From the NCBI GenBank assembly GCA_027306595.1, contig DAHUZI010000111.1, positions 25,783-89,782 on the forward strand: DNA of 64,000 bases. The letters are read 5' to 3'. This stretch comes from Candidatus Dormiibacterota bacterium. GTDB lineage: Bacteria > Chloroflexota > Dormibacteria > Aeolococcales > Bog-877. Below are positions 57,449 to 64,000 of the stretch, piece after piece. The position numbers and the translations under genes are program-made. How positions within the stretch are numbered: position 1 is the first letter of the stretch; each line of letters begins with the position of its first letter. The notes beneath the pieces are model-generated. The model had not been told where the DNA came from and did not search any database. It saw only the letters and a list, made by a program, of their open reading frames with translations.

Positions 57449-57509
57449 AGGCGCCCGCACGACCAGCCGGCCAGTCTCCACCGCCCGGCCGACGACCCCC
57501 GGGGGGGGG

Positions 57510-59021
57510 TCAGCCCTTCACCACCCCGACCGGCACCAGCCGCGCCACGCGGCGGAGCAGCCCCGCCGCCTGCGAGACCCGAACCACCTCGTCCACGTCC
57601 TTGTACGCGGCGTCTGCCTCCTCGGCGAGCTCCGCGAGCGAGCCCGGCCGGACGCGGATCCCGCGCGCCTCCAGCTGGTCGCGGACGGCCCCTCCCCCGG
57701 ACCGGCGGCGGGCCGCGCCCCGGCTGAGGACCCGGCCCGCCCCGTGGCAGGCCGAGCTGAAGGCGTCGCCCGGCGTCACCCCGGCACAGACGTGGGAGGC
57801 GGTCCCCATCGACCCGGGGACGAGGACCGGCTGCCCCGCCGACCGGAAGGCCGCCGGCAGATCGGGATGCCCCGGCGGGAGCGCCCGCGTCGCGCCCTTG
57901 CGATGGACGCACAGGAGCCGAGGCCGTCCGGCGACCGGGTGCCGCTCCAGCTTGGCGAGGTTGTGGGAGACGTCATAGAGGAGCTCGAGGCCGCCGCACC
58001 CGGCGGCGGCGAAGGCCCGCCGGGCGGCGTCGGTGAGCAGTTGCCGGTTGGCGCGGCCGTAGTTGGCGGCGGCGGCCATCGCCCCGAGGTAGGCGCGGCC
58101 CTCGGGCGACCCCACCGGGGCGCAGGCGAGCTGGAGATCGGGGACCTGGATGCCGTAGTAGCGCATCGCCCCGACCATGACCCGAACGTGGTCGGAGCAG
58201 ATCTGGTGCCCGAGCCCTCTCGACCCGCAGTGGATCATCACCGCGACCCCGTCTCGGCGGAGCCCATACGCCTCGGCGAGCGCACCGTCGGCGATCTCGT
58301 CGACCCGTTGGACCTCGAGGAAGTGGTTCCCGGAGCCGAGGCTGCCGACCTGGCGAAACCCGCGCTCGCGGGCGCGGACGCTCACCTGGTCAGGGTCGGC
58401 CTCGTGGACGACGCCCTGGTCCTCGCAGTGCTCCAGGTCCTGGGGCACGCCGTGCCCCCGGCGAACCGCCTCGACCGCGCCCCCGGCGAGGATCGCGGTC
58501 AGCTCGCGGGGATCGCCAAGGCGCCACACCCCGCCTCCACCGAGCCCCCTCGGGATCAGGGCGCCCAGCGCGTCCATCAGCCGGTCGAGGCGGGGGGCCA
58601 CCCCCGCCCAGCTGGCGTCGGCGAGCAGCAGCCGCACCCCGCACGAGATGTCGAAGCCCACCCCACCGGGGGAGACGACCCCACCGGCCTCGACGTCGGT
58701 CGCCGCCACGCCGCCGATCGGGAATCCGTAGCCCCAGTGGAGATCGGGCATGCCGTAGGAGGCCTCGACGATGCCGGGCAGGGTGGCGACGTTGGCCACC
58801 TGGTCGAGTGAGCGGTCGGCGACGAGGTCGGGCATGAGCGCCCGGGAGACGAAGATCGTGCCCGGGACCCGCATCGCCCCCTCGGGCTCGAGCCGCCAGC
58901 GGTAGGGGCTCTCCTCGACCGGCACCGGGTGGGGCAGCGCCGGTGGGCGGGGAGGCGCCCCCGGGGGCGCTTCCCCGCCCACGCCCCCCCATCGCCGAGC
59001 CGCGGGGCGAGTCCGAACCAT
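57510..59021 (-). CDS. rtcB: RNA 3'-phosphate/2',3'-cyclic-phosphate ligase RtcB
   Basis: [55 protein letters not shown] and GSMGTAS are present. The start is uncertain (ATG 59021 or 59042). Confidence 0.9.
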   Translation of the reverse strand: MVRTRPAARRWGGVGGEAPPGAPPRPPALPHPVPVEESPYRWRLEPEGAMRVPGTIFVSRALMPDLVADRSLDQVANVATLPGIVEASYGMPDLHWGYGFPIGGVAATDVEAGGVVSPGGVGFDISCGVRLLLADASWAGVAPRLDRLMDALGALIPRGLGGGGVWRLGDPRELTAILAGGAVEAVRRGHGVPQDLEHCEDQGVVHEADPDQVSVRARERGFRQVGSLGSGNHFLEVQRVDEIADGALAEAYGLRRDGVAVMIHCGSRGLGHQICSDHVRVMVGAMRYYGIQVPDLQLACAPVGSPEGRAYLGAMAAAANYGRANRQLLTDAARRAFAAAGCGGLELLYDVSHNLAKLERHPVAGRPRLLCVHRKGATRALPPGHPDLPAAFRSAGQPVLVPGSMGTASHVCAGVTPGDAFSSACHGAGRVLSRGAARRRSGGGAVRDQLEARGIRVRPGSLAELAEEADAAYKDVDEVVRVSQAAGLLRRVARLVPVGVVKG

Positions 59022-59089
59022 CTCCACGATCCAGCATGGCACGGCGCCCCGCCAGCGCCATGCCTGGCCGGCGGCCGACCCGGCCCCCC

Positions 59090-60421
59090 CTAGCGCTCGT
59101 CGCCTCCCGGACGGAGCTCGGTGGCGCGCCGGGCGGCGAGCGCCTGCAGCCGCGGCGACCAGGCGACCGAAGGCGCAACGGGCCCCTCCAGCCGACGCGC
59201 CGCCGCCGGCAACCGGCTGAGCTCGGCGTCGAGGCGGCCGCGGGCGGCGGCGAGCGGCTCGGGCGGGTGGAGGCGGCGCCCCCCGGTCATCACCGGCACG
59301 AGCAGCGGCTCGAGCCCGGCCACGGCCTCGTCGGCCAGACCGACGACATCGCCGGCGAAGGTGGGCGAGCGGAACACCTGCTTGGGCCCGGGCGCGGTCG
59401 CCTTGCCGGGCGAGAGTTTGAGGACTGGCTGACCCCCCACCTCCACCAGCTTGTACACGGTGTCGAGGAAGGGGGCGTCGGCGGAGACGCCGAGGCGGGT
59501 CCCGATGCCGAACGCGTCGATCGGCGCGCCGGCCCTGATGAGCCGGTCGACCGCCAGCTCGTCCAGATTGCCACTGGCGATGATCGTGACCCAGCCGAGG
59601 TTGGCGGCGTCCAGGAGCGTCCGGGCGGTTGTGGCGAGCTCGAGGAGGTCACCGCTGTCGAGCCGCACCGCGACCCCCTCGCCGAGCCCCATCGCCTCGA
59701 TGACCTCGATGGCGGCGCGGACGCCGCCGGCGGTGTCGTACGTGTCGACGAGGAAGGTCGCCCCCCCGGGGAAGTCGGCCGCGAACGCCGCAAACGCCTC
59801 CGGCTCGCCGGGGAACGCCTGCACGTAGGAGTGGGCCATGGTCCCGCTGGCCGGGATCCCGTGCCGGCGGGCGGCCTCGACGTTGCTGGTGGCGTCGAAG
59901 CCGGCGATGGCGCAGCAGCGGGCGACCGCGACCCCGGCCTCCACCCCGTGGGTCCGGCGCAGGCCGAATTCGACCAGCTGCCGGCCCCGGGCGGCCAGGC
60001 GGCAGCGGGCGGCCTTGGAGGCGACCGCGGTCTGGAAGGTCACCTGATTGAGGAGGAGGGTCTCCACGAGCTGAGCCTCGGCGAGCGGGGCGGTCACCTC
60101 GAGGAGCGGCTCGCCGGCGAGGACGATGCGCCCCTCGGGGATGGCCCGGACATCGCCGGTGAAGCGCAGGGCGGCGAACCGCTCGAGATCGGCGGCCGTG
60201 AAGCGGCCGTCGGCGGCGAGGAAGGCCAGGTCCTCGGCGTCGAAACCGAAGCCGGCCAGCTTGGCGAGGCAGTCCTCCAGGCCGGCCGCGACCAGGAAGC
60301 CGCGCTGGGGCGGGAGGGCGCGGACGAACAGGCTGAAGGTGGCGGGCGCGTCCAGCCCCCGGCGCAGGTAGCTCGCGGCCATCGTCAGCTCATAGAAGTC
60401 GGTGGCCAGCGCTCCGGGCAC
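59090..60421 (-). CDS. pncB: nicotinate phosphoribosyltransferase
   Basis: [15 protein letters not shown].., FEFGLRR-like [10 protein letters not shown] and [12 protein letters not shown] are present. GGGGAGGGA lies 8 nt before GTG 60421; the longer track ORF start 60568 is rejected. Confidence 0.88.
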   Translation of the reverse strand: MPGALATDFYELTMAASYLRRGLDAPATFSLFVRALPPQRGFLVAAGLEDCLAKLAGFGFDAEDLAFLAADGRFTAADLERFAALRFTGDVRAIPEGRIVLAGEPLLEVTAPLAEAQLVETLLLNQVTFQTAVASKAARCRLAARGRQLVEFGLRRTHGVEAGVAVARCCAIAGFDATSNVEAARRHGIPASGTMAHSYVQAFPGEPEAFAAFAADFPGGATFLVDTYDTAGGVRAAIEVIEAMGLGEGVAVRLDSGDLLELATTARTLLDAANLGWVTIIASGNLDELAVDRLIRAGAPIDAFGIGTRLGVSADAPFLDTVYKLVEVGGQPVLKLSPGKATAPGPKQVFRSPTFAGDVVGLADEAVAGLEPLLVPVMTGGRRLHPPEPLAAARGRLDAELSRLPAAARRLEGPVAPSVAWSPRLQALAARRATELRPGGDER

Positions 60422-60494
60422 GGCCCAGTCCCTCCCCGTGTCCGTCTCCCTCCCCCGTAGTGTGGCCGGGGAGGCGGGGGGGCCGCGCACCTCG

Positions 60495-62438
60495 CTAGCC
60501 GGGGCCCGGCGCCCGCCGCCAGCCGTGGGCGGGTCCCCCGACCGGCCGGTCGGGGGACCCGCCCCCACGGAGCGCCCGCAGGGCGCTCGCGATCGCGACC
60601 AGGTCGATCGCCTCCTGGAGGAATGCCCCGGGCACGGGGTCGAGGAGCCCGGCTGCGGCCATCCCCATCGCCACCGCCGAGAGGCCCATCCCCAACATCA
60701 CGCTCTGGCGGGCGATGCGGCGGGTGCGGGTGGCGATGGCGCGGACCTCGACCAGCCGGTCGAGCCGGTCGACGAGCACGACCACATCGGCGGTCTCGCT
60801 CGAGGCGCTCGCCCCCCGTGCCCCCATCGCCACGCCGACGTCGGCAGCGGCGAGGGCGGGGGCGTCGTTGAGCCCGTCGCCCACCATGATCACCGGGCCG
60901 GCCGACCGGGCCTCCCGCACCGCCTCGATCTTGTCCTCGGGGCTCATGTCGGCCCGGACCGCGTCGACCCCGACGTGGCGGGCCACCCGCTCGGCGACCG
61001 GGCGGCGGTCGCCGGTGATCATGACCTGGCGCGGGATCCCGGACCGGCGGAGGCGCTCGGTCACCGCCGCCGCCTCCGGGCGCAGTTGGTCGGCCAGGTG
61101 GACGCAGCCGGCGAGGCGATCGTCGACAGCGACGTAGACGCACGAGATGCCGCGCTCCCGCGCCGACGCCCGGGCGGCCGCGGCCCAGCTCGGCAGCACC
61201 CCGGTGGCCGCCCACTCGGCGCGCCCGATCCGGACCCTTCGCCCCTCGACGATCCCCTCGACCCCGAGGCCGACGGCCTCGTGGCTGTCCTCCGGCAGGG
61301 GGAGGTCGAGCCCGCGGCCACGCGCGGCCTCCACCAATGCCTGGGCGAGGACGTGGGAGGAGACTTGGTCGACCGCGGCGGCGGCGCGCAGCACCGAATC
61401 CGCGATCTGCTCGGGAGCGGGGACGACCCCCACCACGGCCGGGCGGCCGGTGGTGAGGGTCCCGGTCTTGTCGAACAGGATCTGGCGTGCCAGGGCGAGC
61501 TGCTCCAGCGCCGCGCCGCTCTTGACCACCACCCCGCGCTCGGCCGCGCGCGACATCCCGGCGACCATCGCCACCGGCGCCGCGATGAGCAGCGGGCAGG
61601 GGGTGGCCACCACCAGGACCGCCAGCGCCCGCACCGGGTCGCCGTCCAGCACCCAGGCGAGGCCGGCGAGGAGGAGCGCGAGCGGCACGAACCCGGCCGC
61701 GTAGCGGTCCGCGAGCCGCACGAACGGGGCGCGGTCGCGCTGGGCCTGCTCAGCCAGCCGCACGATGCCCGCATAGGTGCTCTGCTCCGCTCCCCCGGTC
61801 GTGATCATCTCGAAGGGTTGGCCGGCATTGACGATCCCGCTGGGCAAGAGGTCCCCGGTCCGATGCCGGACCGGGCGGCTCTCGCCGGTGAGGGCGGATT
61901 CGTCGAGGACGGCGGGCCCCCCGGTGAGCAGCCCGTCGACCGGCACGACCTCGCCGGGCTGGACGAGCAGGCGCATCCCCTTCGTCACCTCGCCGATCCC
62001 AAGGGTGGTGAGCCCCAGGTCCTCGCGCCGGTGCACGATCCGTGGCGCCCGGTCGACCAGCAAGCGCAGCTCGCGCTGGGCCCGGTGGGCCGCGTACCAG
62101 TCGAGGACCCGTCCGGTCGCGACCATCACCGCGATCACCGCCCCGGCGAGCTGCTCACCGAGCACGACGGCGGCGACGAGGGCGATCCAGGCGATGAGGT
62201 CGACCCCCACCCGCCGGTGGCGGAGCTGGCCGGCCAGCCAGACCGACAGCGGCAGCAGGCCGGCGATCGCGCTTCCCGCCCACAGGGCGCCAGCGGCTGC
62301 GGGACGGCCGAGGAGATCGACCGCCCCTCCGGCAGCGGTGGCGGCCGCCATCGCCCCCAGCCAGGGCAGGAGGGGGGTCCGCAGCGTCGGGGCCGGCCCG
62401 CGCCCGAGCGCGCCGGCCGCGCGGGGGCTCGCCATCAC
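60495..62438 (-). CDS. P1B-type heavy-metal P-type ATPase with a TPCP transmembrane motif and no N-terminal metal-binding domain
   Basis: TGESRPV, VVATPCPLLIAAP, FDKTGTLT, MITGD and GDGLNDAPALAAADVGVAMG are present. The N-terminal 110 aa contain no cysteine and no CxxC motif. Confidence 0.88.
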   Translation of the reverse strand: MMASPRAAGALGRGPAPTLRTPLLPWLGAMAAATAAGGAVDLLGRPAAAGALWAGSAIAGLLPLSVWLAGQLRHRRVGVDLIAWIALVAAVVLGEQLAGAVIAVMVATGRVLDWYAAHRAQRELRLLVDRAPRIVHRREDLGLTTLGIGEVTKGMRLLVQPGEVVPVDGLLTGGPAVLDESALTGESRPVRHRTGDLLPSGIVNAGQPFEMITTGGAEQSTYAGIVRLAEQAQRDRAPFVRLADRYAAGFVPLALLLAGLAWVLDGDPVRALAVLVVATPCPLLIAAPVAMVAGMSRAAERGVVVKSGAALEQLALARQILFDKTGTLTTGRPAVVGVVPAPEQIADSVLRAAAAVDQVSSHVLAQALVEAARGRGLDLPLPEDSHEAVGLGVEGIVEGRRVRIGRAEWAATGVLPSWAAAARASARERGISCVYVAVDDRLAGCVHLADQLRPEAAAVTERLRRSGIPRQVMITGDRRPVAERVARHVGVDAVRADMSPEDKIEAVREARSAGPVIMVGDGLNDAPALAAADVGVAMGARGASASSETADVVVLVDRLDRLVEVRAIATRTRRIARQSVMLGMGLSAVAMGMAAAGLLDPVPGAFLQEAIDLVAIASALRALRGGGSPDRPVGGPAHGWRRAPGPG

Positions 62439-62584
62439 TGCTCAGCCTAGGCGACGATCCCCACGGCGCCGCGCGTGCAACCGCGTCGGGGAACCCTCGG
62501 GCCCGGCACCCTCGCAGCCGCGGGCCCGGGGACTCCCCGACGTGGGGGTGGTTCCCACCCTGGCGCCCGGGCGGGCTGCGGCCG

Positions 62585-63145
62585 ATGATGGGGCGGTCGG
62601 CGGCCGGCGGCGTGGAGGGGCGCACGGTGCGGAGACGGCGGGTCCCGCGGGCGGTGGGGCTGGGGCTCGCCACCCTGCTGGCGGGCCTCGTCGGACTCGC
62701 ATCGCCGGTGGCCTCCGCCGGCGGACCCGCCGCCCAGGCCTCGGCCGCGGCCGCCTGCCCCGCCGCCACCGTGGTCGGGCTGCGCACCGGGCGGCATCCG
62801 TCCTACGACCGCCTCGTGATCGACCTGCGCTGCCGACTGCCCCGGTACACGGTCCGGTACGTGCGCCAGGTCACGGCCGACCCGTCAGGCCTGCCCGTCC
62901 GGCTGCTGGGCCGCGCCTTCCTCCTCATCATCCTGTCGCCGGCCAACGCGCACACGGCCGCCGGGGTGCGCACCCTCAGAGGTCCCACCATCCTCACCCC
63001 GCGTCTGCCCACCCTGCGCCAGGTGAAGCTGGTGGGAGACTTCGAGGCATACGTCAGCATCGCGGTCGGGCTCGCCCACCGGGTGCCGGTGCACCCCTTC
63101 ACCCTGACCGGGCCGCTCCGCCTCGTGGTCGACCTCGGTCACTGA
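62585..63145 (+). CDS. secreted hypothetical protein (beta-rich, AMIN-like pattern)
   Basis: There is an Arg-rich signal (RRRRVPRAVGLGLATLLAGLVGLASPVASA). It is followed by ..YDRLVIDL..RYTVRYV..GDFEAYVSIAVGL..LRLVVDL. The family assignment is tentative. Confidence 0.5.
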   Translation: MMGRSAAGGVEGRTVRRRRVPRAVGLGLATLLAGLVGLASPVASAGGPAAQASAAAACPAATVVGLRTGRHPSYDRLVIDLRCRLPRYTVRYVRQVTADPSGLPVRLLGRAFLLIILSPANAHTAAGVRTLRGPTILTPRLPTLRQVKLVGDFEAYVSIAVGLAHRVPVHPFTLTGPLRLVVDLGH

Positions 63146-63177
63146 GCGCCGGGGCTGCTCGCCGACCCGGGTCCCCT

Positions 63178-64000
63178 TCACTCCGCCGCCGCGGCGGCGG
63201 CCGGGGCCGGGCGCGCCAGGACCCACCACACCGCGACGAGGAGGAGGACGGCGGCGGCGGGGGCGATCAGGGTGATGGCGAAGGTGGAGCCGGGCGGCAG
63301 GGGCAGCGCCAGCCCCCGGCGGATCGGCGGGACGGCCAGGATGAGCGCCATCAGCCCGGTCATGGCCGCGATCACCGCGGCCCCGAGGCGGGTGAGCGGG
63401 AGGGCGTGGGCAACGACCACCGCCATCCCCACGATGAACAGGGCGCAGGTGGCGACGGTGCGGGCCTGCCCCAGCGGCGCCCCGCGGTGGAGGGCGATCT
63501 CGAAGGCCCCGAGGGTTCCAGCGGCCGCGGCGATGCCGCCGGGGACTGCGCGGCGCGCGACCCGCGAGACGAAGCCCGGACGCGGACGGGCCCGGTTCGG
63601 CTCCAGCGCGAGGAGGAACGCCGGGATCCCGATGGTCAGGCTGGAGATCACGGTGAGGTGGCGGGGATAGAAGGGGTAGCGGAGCTGGCCGACGGCAACG
63701 GCGACGGCGAGGAGCAGGCTGTAGAGGGTCTCAGTGATGAAGAGGCTCGCGACCCGCTCGATGTTGGCGATGACCCGGCGGCTCTCGGCCAGGAGCTGCG
63801 GCACCGCCTGGAACTCGCTGCGCAGGAGCACGACCTTGGCGACCGCGCGGGTTGCGGCGGCGCCTGATCCCATGGCGATCCCGAAGTCGGCGTCCTTCAC
63901 GGCCAGGACGTCGTTGACGCCGTCGCCGCTCATGGCGACGACGTGGCCCCGGGCGCGCAGGGCGCGGACGATCGCCTGTTTCTGGTGGGGGAGCACCCGG
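63178..64000 (-). CDS. cation-transporting P-type ATPase, C-terminal part (5' end lies outside the window)
   Basis: ..LPHQKQAIVRALRARGHVVAMSGDGVNDVLAVKDADFGIAMGSG.. is followed by the C-terminal TM helices. The ORF runs off the right edge of the window. Confidence 0.85.
   Translation of the reverse strand, partial: RVLPHQKQAIVRALRARGHVVAMSGDGVNDVLAVKDADFGIAMGSGAAATRAVAKVVLLRSEFQAVPQLLAESRRVIANIERVASLFITETLYSLLLAVAVAVGQLRYPFYPRHLTVISSLTIGIPAFLLALEPNRARPRPGFVSRVARRAVPGGIAAAAGTLGAFEIALHRGAPLGQARTVATCALFIVGMAVVVAHALPLTRLGAAVIAAMTGLMALILAVPPIRRGLALPLPPGSTFAITLIAPAAAVLLLVAVWWVLARPAPAAAAAAE

Overview
High-GC bacterial chromosomal window with Actinomycetota-like gene content. It is densely coding, with many 4-nt ATGA/GTGA start-stop overlaps. 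I support about 50 protein genes, one tRNA, one riboswitch and several repeats or regulatory candidates.

Layout:
(1) 1-13.6 kb is housekeeping or mixed: acyl-CoA dehydrogenase fragment, SDR, double zinc-ribbon protein, cold-shock protein, CinA-like protein, K+-independent H+-pyrophosphatase, Fur-family regulator divergent from Mrp/ApbC, an orphan family-5 solute-binding lipoprotein and an M55 D-aminopeptidase.
(2) 14.07-31.96 kb is one uninterrupted minus-strand block of 16 genes. In transcription order: SAMHD1-like HD protein, CoxG-like protein, a FAH-family gene with an in-frame TAG, a Liv-type ABC importer (5 genes), an intact FAH, a three-subunit molybdenum hydroxylase (FAD/Mo/2Fe-2S), an Oxc-like ThDP enzyme, formyl-CoA transferase and an ADP-forming acyl-CoA synthetase.
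(3) 32.05-34.5 kb holds a TPP riboswitch, an NCS1 permease and thiD.
(4) 34.5-46 kb holds a GNAT, an amidohydrolase, a second orphan family-5 SBP, a DUF62 SAM-cleaving enzyme, an envelope trio (membrane protein, CPBP protease, Asp-box protein), a large nucleotidyltransferase/phosphomutase fusion and a stand-alone Lrp/AsnC RAM protein.
(5) tRNA-Gly(CCC) at 46138 is followed by about 5.7 kb in which only two genes can be supported, a 7-blade tandem-repeat beta-propeller and a solitary HNH_2 nuclease.
(6) 51.9-64 kb holds lutABC, a PRTase-hydrolase fusion, archease convergent with rtcB, pncB, a TPCP-motif P1B ATPase and a partial second P-type ATPase.

The items most worth a second look are:
- the 1.43-kb ORF-less GC-rich gap between the zinc-ribbon and cold-shock genes, which contains a perfect (GCG)9 repeat
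- the composition of the long catabolic block, including an frc/oxc module with no OxlT
- the in-frame TAG at a conserved Trp codon in the FAH gene
- the gene-poor stretch after tRNA-Gly with the lone HNH nuclease
- a possible ACG start for the DUF62 gene

No CRISPR array, transposase, integrase or rRNA was seen. All homology statements come from reading motifs by eye, not from database searches.
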